A stretch of DNA of 64,000 bases from an uncultured Candidatus Saccharibacteria bacterium. Its GTDB lineage: Bacteria; Patescibacteriota; Minisyncoccia; Phycocordibacterales; DATDWN01. Each line of letters begins with the position of its first letter. The first letter of the stretch is position 1. The DNA lies in contig CAZTQY010000001.1 of the NCBI GenBank assembly GCA_964616425.1, forward strand, positions 23,008 through 87,007, given 5' to 3'. Shown here piece after piece: positions 56,170-64,000 of the stretch. The notes under the pieces are model-generated. The model searched no databases. It was not told the DNA's origin and worked only from the letters and a program-made list of their open reading frames with translations. The position numbers and the translations under genes are program-made.

Positions 56170-57171
56170 TTAAAAGTTATCTTTTATGTAAACTTCTACA
56201 ATATCAGAAATTTCTTTTGCATCTTTGGCTTCCATCAATCTAACTCTAAGTTCTTTTGCACCATCCCATCCGTTTACGTAAGCCTTATAATGTTTTTTCA
56301 TTATTGCAAAACTTTTATGAGAAAGAATGCTCTCAAAAAGTTTTGTGTGTTCCACCATAACATGGAGTCTTTCTGGTATCGAAATATCATCCCTTTTAAT
56401 TCCAACATTAAACAACCAAGGATTTCCAAAAATAGCTCGCCCGAGCATTACACCATCACAACCAGTCTCTATAACTTTTTTCTGTGAATCATTCAAATCC
56501 AAAGCATCACCATTACCAAAAATTAAAGTTTCGCTTTTGACTCCATTTGAATCAACAAAATCATTTCGAATCTCAACCGCTCTTTTTATATGTTCCCATC
56601 TTGCAGGAACCAGTGACATTTCTTTTCTTGTCCTTGCGTGGACAGTTATTACCGCAGGGTTTGTCTCCAATATTGCAGGTAACCAAGTTTCAAGTTCATT
56701 TTTATTGTAACCAATTCTAGTTTTTACACTTACTGGAATATTTTTACCATTTTTACTTGCACCTCTTTGGGCAGCACGAATTATTTCTTGGGCAAGTTTT
56801 GGATTTTTTATTAGACCAGCACCAGCACCTTGTTTTTCAATACTTTTATCAGGACAACCCATATTTATATCTATTCCATCAAAACCCAAATCCACTGCAA
56901 GTTCAGCAGCTTTTTCCATCATCTCTGGCTTACTTGTAAAAAATTGCGCAACTATAGGGCGCTCTTCTTCAGTAAATGCCAGGTCTTTTATCAATGCGTC
57001 ATATCCCCCCAGAAAAAGTCCGTCTGCGGAAACAAACTCAGTCCAAGTCACATCTGGTTTTCCGTATTTTGCAATAATACTTCGAAAAGCAGGATCAGTA
57101 ACATCCGCCATTGGAGCCAATACCATTATTCCGTCTGGTCTATTATTTTTTAAATCTTTCCAAAAATTCAT
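56170..57171 (-). CDS. dusB: tRNA-dihydrouridine synthase
   Basis: VLAPMADVTDPAFR N-terminal motif, TIM-barrel Dus family. Confidence 0.85.
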   Translation of the reverse strand: MNFWKDLKNNRPDGIMVLAPMADVTDPAFRSIIAKYGKPDVTWTEFVSADGLFLGGYDALIKDLAFTEEERPIVAQFFTSKPEMMEKAAELAVDLGFDGIDINMGCPDKSIEKQGAGAGLIKNPKLAQEIIRAAQRGASKNGKNIPVSVKTRIGYNKNELETWLPAILETNPAVITVHARTRKEMSLVPARWEHIKRAVEIRNDFVDSNGVKSETLIFGNGDALDLNDSQKKVIETGCDGVMLGRAIFGNPWLFNVGIKRDDISIPERLHVMVEHTKLFESILSHKSFAIMKKHYKAYVNGWDGAKELRVRLMEAKDAKEISDIVEVYIKDNF

Positions 57172-57174
57172 ACT

Positions 57175-57975
57175 CTATATATTCAAAAATAAACTTGCTA
57201 ACGTAACTGGACCAACGCCACCAGGCACAGGAGTAATAAGCCCTGCTTTATCACTACAACCTGGATCAACATCCCCTACTATCTTTCCGTTTTGTTCACT
57301 GGTACCAGCATCTATTAGAATTACACCTTCTTTTATCATGTCTGGTTTTATCATATATGGAGAGCCTGCACCAGATATGATTATGTCTGCAGAATATATT
57401 AACTTTTTACTCAAACTCATATCTGTATTTTTATCTATTACCTTAAACTGGATGTTTTTTGATTTGAACATTGCACTAACTGGCTCTCCAACCAGCTTTC
57501 CAGTTCCAATAATCAGAATTTCTTTATTTTCAATTTCAATATTATAAAATTCCAATATCTCTGAAATCGCACGAGATACTGGAGGAACTTTCTCTATTGA
57601 TTTGTTTTTATACAGAGTCTTTGCTTTGTCGCTCAAAACATCTATATCTAGTTCTACTGGAACCATATTTAACACTTCCTGGGTTGGTAAATCTTTAGGT
57701 AGTGGAAGCTGTATAACCATACCCACTACATCTCTAGATGTAATATCTCTTATGACTTTTTCAACTTGGTCAAAAGATAGAGACTCGGGATGAGCTTCTA
57801 CTGTAGTTTTTATTCCCAAAGATTCTGCAAACCTGCATTTCATTGCAACAAACTGTTTACTTGCAGGATCATTACCAAAAATTACAAAACAAACCTCTTT
57901 TTTGGGTTTATCTTTTAAATTCAATATTATTTTTTCTTTTAGCTTGGCTGAGACTAGCTTTCCATCGGCTATCAT
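57175..57975 (-). CDS. folD: Bifunctional methylenetetrahydrofolate dehydrogenase/cyclohydrolase
   Basis: FolD-wide similarity, with QLPLP and GxGxxVG motifs. Confidence 0.85.
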   Translation of the reverse strand: MIADGKLVSAKLKEKIILNLKDKPKKEVCFVIFGNDPASKQFVAMKCRFAESLGIKTTVEAHPESLSFDQVEKVIRDITSRDVVGMVIQLPLPKDLPTQEVLNMVPVELDIDVLSDKAKTLYKNKSIEKVPPVSRAISEILEFYNIEIENKEILIIGTGKLVGEPVSAMFKSKNIQFKVIDKNTDMSLSKKLIYSADIIISGAGSPYMIKPDMIKEGVILIDAGTSEQNGKIVGDVDPGCSDKAGLITPVPGGVGPVTLASLFLNI

Positions 57976-58862
57976 AGTTTTTCCCCTTTTAGTTTGTAAA
58001 ACAACTTATTGCCATAACGTAAGTCGATATACTCTATAGGCAAATCAGAATTTGTGCTAGTAGACATGGCAGGAGTTCTCAAAAGTGACTCAAGATTTTG
58101 AGAAATTTCATTAAGTGGTTTTTTCATATCAAATAAAATCTCTCCACCTCCAGATATAACCAATGAAAAGTCTCCTCCCTCACCAGCAACCAAATATATT
58201 GGGTGCAAAGACATTCGTCTAACGGATTCGATAAAACTATTTATTTCATCAAACTCTGTAGATGATGAAATATAGTAATTTCCTATCGGAGTGCTCGTGC
58301 CTATAGAACCATAATATTTAAAATATGCATTTCCAGAAAAGTATGGTGCCTCTGAAAAAATAGTACTGTTCTGGTCGATAAAATAACATTTTTGGTCATC
58401 TGAACCTTCACTCAACACTGGAGATGATGTAGAGACAGTCGCATGAATCAATAAAGATTCGCACCAAATAGCAAAAGGTTTTCTTTCTTCTATTGTGACA
58501 ATCATGGTCGTCAAACCATCTAAGTCTATGTTTATATTTTCAATTCTCTTGAAGTTTTGTTTCAAATAGTCCTTTAATTTATTTTTTGGATACCAAAAAC
58601 TACTATTTTTTGGGAAAAGCCAGAAATACGAACCGCTCATGTATTCAAAAGATTTTTCTCCCACATCTCCATTTGTCACAAGCACACCACCAGTCAAAAC
58701 AATTTTAGTTATTCGAACCTCCTTCCTGTGAGATGCATAAGAAAATAATCCGATTGCCAATATAATGAAAAAAAATATTGCAGAATATTTTAGTATTCTT
58801 TTTTTTCTTTTTCTCCTTAAATATTCTTCACGAGAAGGCAATGTTGAATTATTTATTGGCAT
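57972..58862 (-). CDS. ftsQ: Cell-division protein FtsQ/DivIB-like (POTRA domain)
   Basis: N-terminal TM, then POTRA-like ITKIVLTGGVLVTNGDVGEKS...TMIVTIEERKPFAIW. Confidence 0.5.
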   Translation of the reverse strand: MPINNSTLPSREEYLRRKRKKRILKYSAIFFFIILAIGLFSYASHRKEVRITKIVLTGGVLVTNGDVGEKSFEYMSGSYFWLFPKNSSFWYPKNKLKDYLKQNFKRIENINIDLDGLTTMIVTIEERKPFAIWCESLLIHATVSTSSPVLSEGSDDQKCYFIDQNSTIFSEAPYFSGNAYFKYYGSIGTSTPIGNYYISSSTEFDEINSFIESVRRMSLHPIYLVAGEGGDFSLVISGGGEILFDMKKPLNEISQNLESLLRTPAMSTSTNSDLPIEYIDLRYGNKLFYKLKGEKL

Positions 58863-59065
58863 AGGTTTTTCAATTTTTGTTTTTTAGAGCACGCATAATC
58901 GCAGGCTTGCGATTTGCTCTCACTCAACGATCAAGAAAACTATTTTCCTCATTCCAGAGCCCTCTCGCAAACTCGGGCTCTGCCCTCAAACAGCACTCCA
59001 GGCTTCTTCTCATTCGTTGTCGTTATCTAATCACTTCCGCAGTCTCCAAAACCAAGAAAAAGTTC

Positions 59066-60349
59066 CTAGCGTTTAGAGATTACAGCTTGTCCGTTCATGT
59101 ATGGACGTAGAACTTCTGGAACACTGATTGAACCATCTGCATTCTGATAGTTCTCAACCAACATAATAAGTGGCCTACCAGAAAGTGCTGTGTTGTTTAG
59201 AGAGTGCACAAATTTCATCTTTCCATCTTCGTCTCTGTATCTGATATTAAGTCTGCGAGTCTGGAAATCATGAAAATATGATGCTGAACCAGTCTCTCTA
59301 TATGTAGCTTCTGACGGAAGCCAAACTTCTATATCGTATTTCTTTACCTGACCTAAGCCCAAATCCCCTCCACAGTTTGCAACTACATGGTAGTGAAGTC
59401 CTAGTGCTTCTGTTATTTCTTCACTGTTTCTTTGAATCTCTTCGTGATGCTTTACTGATTCTTCGTGAGAAGCCTCACACAATACTACTTGTTCATATTT
59501 GAAAAACTCGTGAACTCGTATTAAACCTTTTGTATCCTTTCCATGACTTCCAGCTTCTCGTCTAAAAGCAGGAGAAAAAGAAAGCATTTTGAGTGGCAAA
59601 TCTTTTTTTTCTAAAACTTCATCCATATAGTAACCCATAGTTGCAACCTCTGCAGTTCCTGCCAAATAATCACCATCCTGAGTTTTATACAAATCCTCCT
59701 CACCTTGTGGTAAATATCCAGTTCCCATGAACACTTCACGTTTTAGTAATGACGGAACAATCATAGAAGTCCAGTTGTTTCCATCCAAGTTCTTTTTATA
59801 AAAATAATCTTGCGTGAAATTCCACAGAGCGTTCATAAGGCGAACACCGTCACCCTTTAGAAAATATCCTCTAAAGCCAGCAACTTTTGTTCCTCGTTCT
59901 AGATCAAGCATACCTAAATTTGTCATGAGTTCGATATGATCCTTTGGAGCGAAATCAAATACTGGCTTTTCACCCCAAACCTTTACCTCTTTGTTATCCT
60001 TGTCATCAACTCCTTCTGGAACAGACATGTCTGGAATGTTCGGAACTGCGACCATCAACACTTGCCAATCATGCATCACAGTTTTTAGTTCTTCCTCTTC
60101 TTTTTGCAGAGACTCTTTGAGAGTTTTCATCTCAGCTATCATTGTTGCCTTTTCTGCCGGGTCAGTGATACTAACTATTTTCTGGCTTACCTCGTTTTGC
60201 TCTGCTCTTTTTTTATCAATAGATAAAATTAGTTCTTTTCGTCTATCATCAACTTTTATAAGTGCTTCCACATCGAAATCAATGTGTTTTTTTATTGCCC
60301 CCATTGCCACGAGATCCTTATTTTCTCGAATGAATTTGATATCTAACAT
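59066..60349 (-). CDS. serS: Seryl-tRNA synthetase
   Basis: N-terminal coiled coil plus class II aaRS motifs (FRREAGSHGKDTKGLIRVHEF, GSASYFHDFQTRR). Confidence 0.9.
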   Translation of the reverse strand: MLDIKFIRENKDLVAMGAIKKHIDFDVEALIKVDDRRKELILSIDKKRAEQNEVSQKIVSITDPAEKATMIAEMKTLKESLQKEEEELKTVMHDWQVLMVAVPNIPDMSVPEGVDDKDNKEVKVWGEKPVFDFAPKDHIELMTNLGMLDLERGTKVAGFRGYFLKGDGVRLMNALWNFTQDYFYKKNLDGNNWTSMIVPSLLKREVFMGTGYLPQGEEDLYKTQDGDYLAGTAEVATMGYYMDEVLEKKDLPLKMLSFSPAFRREAGSHGKDTKGLIRVHEFFKYEQVVLCEASHEESVKHHEEIQRNSEEITEALGLHYHVVANCGGDLGLGQVKKYDIEVWLPSEATYRETGSASYFHDFQTRRLNIRYRDEDGKMKFVHSLNNTALSGRPLIMLVENYQNADGSISVPEVLRPYMNGQAVISKR

Positions 60350-60384
60350 ATTTAGGATTGTAACAGAATTTTTTATATATGAGA

Positions 60385-60412
60385 ATAGCCGGTCTCCCGG
60401 CTATTTTAATTA
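60385..60412. terminator. Terminator hairpin
   Basis: agccggtctcccggct, followed by atttt. Confidence 0.55.
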
Positions 60413-60430
60413 CTTCACCTCCTTTTTTGG

Positions 60431-60676
60431 TCAGACTTTCTTGTACCGACCGACAAGCTCACGCTTGAGAGCGTACAAAACACCACCGTCTCCCACAGTT
60501 CGCATTGGCACAACAAACAATCTTGTTGTGTTATCGTCAGACGGGTTGAGTCTCACATCCCGCTTCATGGGGTTCTCGATGTTGACTGTAGTACCAGCAT
60601 AACAAACACCTGCCAATACAAGCTCCCTCAAACGATCATAATACACGGGGATGTTGTCAGTAAGTCTGACCAGCAT
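60431..60676 (-). CDS. Hypothetical protein encoded by a GC-rich mini-islet
   Basis: SD ttaggagggtac before the ATG. GC-rich. Own terminator downstream. Confidence 0.45.
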   Translation of the reverse strand: MLVRLTDNIPVYYDRLRELVLAGVCYAGTTVNIENPMKRDVRLNPSDDNTTRLFVVPMRTVGDGGVLYALKRELVGRYKKV

Positions 60677-60745
60677 GTACCCTCCTAATAATTAGGTTAC
60701 CTTTTTAAATATCAGTGTCAATTATTTTGCTATACTATATATGTT

Positions 60746-61600
60746 ATGGAAATCAGAGATCTTCCAAAGAAAGATTTTCCTCCACTATTAAATGAAATCA
60801 ACGACCCACCGAAATCTTTACGGATCGTGGGCACCTTACCTCGAACCGAAAAATACCTAGCCGTTGTTGGTTCAAGAAAATATAGTGAGTATGGAAAAGC
60901 TGTTTGCGAAAAATTGATTGAGGGTTTACGAGGTTATCCTATTACTATAGTGTCTGGACTGGCACTCGGTATGGATTCTATTGGCCACAGAGCAGCACTC
61001 AAAGCCGGACTCCATACGATAGCAATCCCAGGTTCAGGACTTGATGAAAAGGTTATATATCCATCAAGCCATTTAAATCTAGCAAAAGAAATAGTGGAAA
61101 AAGGTGGATGTCTACTTTCGGAATTCCCAGATGACTACCGACCTCATTTATATAGTTTTGGACAACGCAACAGAATAGTAGCTGGTATGTGTCACGCAAC
61201 ACTTATAATAGAAGCTGAACTTAAATCCGGAACACTTATCACTTCAAAATATGCAATTGAGTACAACCGAGATGTTTTTACTGTTCCCAACTCAATCTTT
61301 TCTAAAACTTCTGAAGGTCCGCATATGTTACTACGACTTGGAGCTACACCCATAACTCAATCAAACGATATTATCACAGCTCTAGGACTAACTCCTCATG
61401 AGAATCTTTTTGAAAGACGAGACTACAAAGATTGCTCAAGTGACGAACACGAAGTTATAAATCTGCTTTCTGAACCGATATCGCGAGATCAAATCATTCA
61501 AAGACTCGACAAACCTGTTTATGTAACACAAACAATTCTAGCAACCATGGAAATTAAAGGGATCATAGAAGAAGTAATGGGAGAAATACATTTGAAATAG
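60746..61600 (+). CDS. dprA: DNA-processing protein A (SMF family)
   Basis: Rossmann-like SMF core: VVGSRKYSEYGKAVCEKL, VSGLALGMDSIGHRAAL, and TLIIEAELKSGTLITSKYAIEYNRDVF. Confidence 0.85.
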   Translation: MEIRDLPKKDFPPLLNEINDPPKSLRIVGTLPRTEKYLAVVGSRKYSEYGKAVCEKLIEGLRGYPITIVSGLALGMDSIGHRAALKAGLHTIAIPGSGLDEKVIYPSSHLNLAKEIVEKGGCLLSEFPDDYRPHLYSFGQRNRIVAGMCHATLIIEAELKSGTLITSKYAIEYNRDVFTVPNSIFSKTSEGPHMLLRLGATPITQSNDIITALGLTPHENLFERRDYKDCSSDEHEVINLLSEPISRDQIIQRLDKPVYVTQTILATMEIKGIIEEVMGEIHLK

Positions 61601-61641
61601 TTTTTTATTTCACGTATAAATAATGTAGAACTGGAGGGTTC

Positions 61642-61908
61642 ATGATACTCGCACTTGAAAAAATGTCGGTGGATGTCCCGATTTCCGCCGGAGACAAGTT
61701 GCAGTGGAACAACGAAGGTAAGTTCATCACTGCACAGGCGCAAAGTGGGAAACCACTCTATTGGCAGGGCAACCAGTTGAAGAAGATGGCTAGCTGGTTG
61801 CGGAGCGATGAACAGTTCGACAGCTATGTGATGATTCTGGCAGAAATACTCAATCTCAAGGCTGTCCTCGTTGAAGGTGAACGTCACAGGACGTATAGAT
61901 TTGAGTGA
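61642..61908 (+). CDS. Hypothetical protein encoded by a GC-rich mini-islet
   Basis: SD ctggagggttc before the ATG. GC-rich. Followed by a hairpin at 61926-61957. Confidence 0.45.
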   Translation: MILALEKMSVDVPISAGDKLQWNNEGKFITAQAQSGKPLYWQGNQLKKMASWLRSDEQFDSYVMILAEILNLKAVLVEGERHRTYRFE

Positions 61909-62134
61909 TGTTCTTTCGTCCACAAACGGCTCCACGTATTATGCGTCGGAGCCGTTAAACTTTATTCCATATCCGACCTTTAATTTTGAGTAAAATCCGA
62001 GGAGGAATAGAAAAATAATTTGAGTCGTATACACAAGTACGGTGAAAATTATTTTTTGAATTCCGACAAAGGAGTTTGCCAAAATTAGAGGTTATATTGG
62101 ACAAAAATTATTTTTATAGTAATACTAGATAGCA

Positions 62135-64000
62135 ATGACAAAATTATTAATCGTTGAGTCTCCAGCAAAAGCAAAAACGATTTCAAAATATTTAGACGGA
62201 AAATACAAAGTAGTTGCTAGTGTTGGACACGTTAGAGATCTGCCCAAATCAAACAAAAAAGCCATCGACATCGAGGGTGGTTTTGTTCCCCACTACGAAA
62301 TCTCAAAGGGTAAAGAGAAAGTTATTGAAGAGATTGCTGCTCTTGCAAAAAAAGCTGACGAAATATTACTGGCAACTGACCCCGATCGAGAAGGTGAAGC
62401 TATTGCTTGGCATGTTGCACAAGCTACTGGAATTAAAAACCCAAAACGTGTTGTATTCCACGAAATTACAGAGGAAGCTGTAAAAGAAGCTATTCAACAC
62501 CCACGCAAAATAGATATGAATCTAAAAGAGGCTCAAGAAGCAAGACGGGTGCTAGACAGACTAGTGGGATATGACTTGTCAGGTCTAATATGGAAAAAAG
62601 TTAGATACGGATTGTCAGCGGGACGAGTGCAATCCCCAGCACTTCGTATAGTTATGGAACGTGAACGAGAAATCCGAGCTTTTAAATCACATACTTTCTG
62701 GATTATTTCCGCAGACGTCATAAGTAATTCAAATATACCTTTTACTGTTGTATGTGAAGAAGAGCCAACAGATAAAAAAGTTTTAGACAACATCGTAAAG
62801 ATAGCTGAAAAAGCTGGTAAAGAAAATAAATGGGAAGTTAAAGATGTAAAAGAAACTGAAGTAAAAAAATCTCCACGACCGCCTTTTATCACATCCACCC
62901 TACAACAGTCTGCTTCATCACGACTAGGCTTTGCTCCATCTCGAACTATGGGAATCGCTCAGAAACTTTACGAGGAAGGACATATTACTTACATGAGAAC
63001 GGACTCCACAAACCTTTCTAACCAGGCAATGGGAGATATTGAAAAAGTTGTAAATAAAAAATACGGAAAAGGAATATTTCAAGCACGAAAATACACAGCT
63101 AAAAGTAAAAACGCCCAAGAAGCACACGAAGCAATTCGTCCAACACATTTTGATGTTGAATCTGCTGGACACACAGATGAGCAAAAGAAACTTTACCAAC
63201 TGATTTGGAGACGTGCTCTATCTTCACAAATGATAGATGCTCAAACTCTAAGAACAAAAATAACTGCTCACGCAAAGGACGAAGATATACCTGTTTTTTC
63301 TATTACTGGTTCACAAATCAAATCTGCTGGATGGCTTGTTGCAGATCCAGAATCTAGAGGTGACGATGTTGAGCTACCAAAAGTTTCAGCAGGTGAAAAT
63401 TTAAAGTTAAACGAAATTAAAACTGAAGAAAAACAAACTGAACCACCTGGACGATATTCAGAAGCTGGATTAATTAAAGAACTAGAAAAAAGAGGCATTG
63501 GTAGACCTTCAACATATGCGTCTATTATAAAAACTTTGGAAGACCGCGGGTATGTTGAGAAAATCAACAAAGCTTTATTCCCTACTGATACTGGAGATGT
63601 AGTATCAAGTTTTCTAGAAGCAAACTTTCCAGACTATATTTCTGATGGATTTACTGCTGAAATGGAAGACAAACTAGACCTCATCGCAGAAGGAAAAGAA
63701 GAGTATGTAAAAACTCTAAAAACTTTCTATAAACCTTTTCTAGCTGAGGTCAAAAGCAAGGATAAAATGGATAAAGTCACAAACCTGGGTGATGCAGATC
63801 CAAAATTTAAATGCCCAGTTTGTGGAAGTCCGATGATCATAAAACTATCTCGATCCGGAAAATTCCTTTCATGCTCAAGATATCCTGACTGTGAAGGTGC
63901 ACTAACTATGGATGGCGTTGAGATAAAGAAGGATGCGCCTATTGGAAATGACCCAGAGACAGGACTACCTATATTTGTTTTATTCGGAAAATATGGACCA
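62135..64000 (+). CDS. topA: DNA topoisomerase I; 3' end beyond the window
   Basis: Manual translation MTKLLIVESPAKAKTISKYLDGKYKVVASVGHVRDLPKS... is the TOPRIM N-terminus. C-terminal zinc ribbon CPVCGSPM. Open to the window end, which is why it is absent from the ORF track. Confidence 0.9.
   Translation, partial: MTKLLIVESPAKAKTISKYLDGKYKVVASVGHVRDLPKSNKKAIDIEGGFVPHYEISKGKEKVIEEIAALAKKADEILLATDPDREGEAIAWHVAQATGIKNPKRVVFHEITEEAVKEAIQHPRKIDMNLKEAQEARRVLDRLVGYDLSGLIWKKVRYGLSAGRVQSPALRIVMEREREIRAFKSHTFWIISADVISNSNIPFTVVCEEEPTDKKVLDNIVKIAEKAGKENKWEVKDVKETEVKKSPRPPFITSTLQQSASSRLGFAPSRTMGIAQKLYEEGHITYMRTDSTNLSNQAMGDIEKVVNKKYGKGIFQARKYTAKSKNAQEAHEAIRPTHFDVESAGHTDEQKKLYQLIWRRALSSQMIDAQTLRTKITAHAKDEDIPVFSITGSQIKSAGWLVADPESRGDDVELPKVSAGENLKLNEIKTEEKQTEPPGRYSEAGLIKELEKRGIGRPSTYASIIKTLEDRGYVEKINKALFPTDTGDVVSSFLEANFPDYISDGFTAEMEDKLDLIAEGKEEYVKTLKTFYKPFLAEVKSKDKMDKVTNLGDADPKFKCPVCGSPMIIKLSRSGKFLSCSRYPDCEGALTMDGVEIKKDAPIGNDPETGLPIFVLFGKYGP

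Noticed and set aside
58877-59110. 77-aa plus-strand ORF between ftsQ-like and serS
   Set aside because: It overlaps the serS 3' end, has no RBS and no domain. Likely spurious.
62214-63570. Track ORFs 62214-62483 (+), 62533-62898 (-), 62924-63199 (-), 63268-63570 (-)
   Set aside because: All lie within, and out of frame with or antisense to, the clearly identifiable topA gene, which starts at 62135 and runs off the window.

Overview
This is a low-GC (about 30-35%) bacterial fragment with gene content typical of Candidate Phyla Radiation / Patescibacteria; that assignment is inference, not established. Genes are mostly on the minus strand: housekeeping genes (xseAB, DEAD-box helicase, ABC-F, gpmI, msrA and msrB, murI, dnaX, dus, folD, ftsQ-like, serS, dprA, topA) plus many extracytoplasmic redox and secreted proteins. 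Three very large secreted proteins share an FN3-like module. A flavin-based electron-transfer operon (ECF sigma, anti-sigma, FMN-binding protein, apbE, FNR-like membrane oxidoreductase) is present.

The most unusual region is a GC-rich ~2.8-kb island at about 32950-35760, inserted between apbE and the FNR-like oxidoreductase gene.
- It carries a DEDD (IS110-family-like) recombinase gene at 33192-34487.
- Upstream of that gene is a ~1.27-kb non-coding array of at least nine nested stem-loops. Each has a conserved 15-bp palindromic core TAGTTC-N4-GAACA inside a larger stem whose sequence varies.
- A ~150-bp three-hairpin module is duplicated ~730 bp apart with identical stems and divergent loops.
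- Motif-bearing hairpins also lie 3' of the recombinase gene.
- I read this as a candidate recombinase-associated structured-RNA or recombination-site array, possibly related to IS110 bridge or seekRNA systems, or a new arrangement.

Other notable items:
- apbE has an in-frame TAA at codon 4.
- A 38-bp GC-rich palindromic element is inserted in-frame in two unrelated genes.
- There are five-plus GC-rich single-gene mini-islets, each with a canonical AGGAGG ribosome-binding site (RBS) and its own terminator.
- A tRNA-Gln(UUG) sits next to a LAGLIDADG-like gene.
- A ~640-bp GC-rich structured non-coding region lies upstream of dnaX.
- An unannotated 30-aa Cys/His-rich peptide gene is present.
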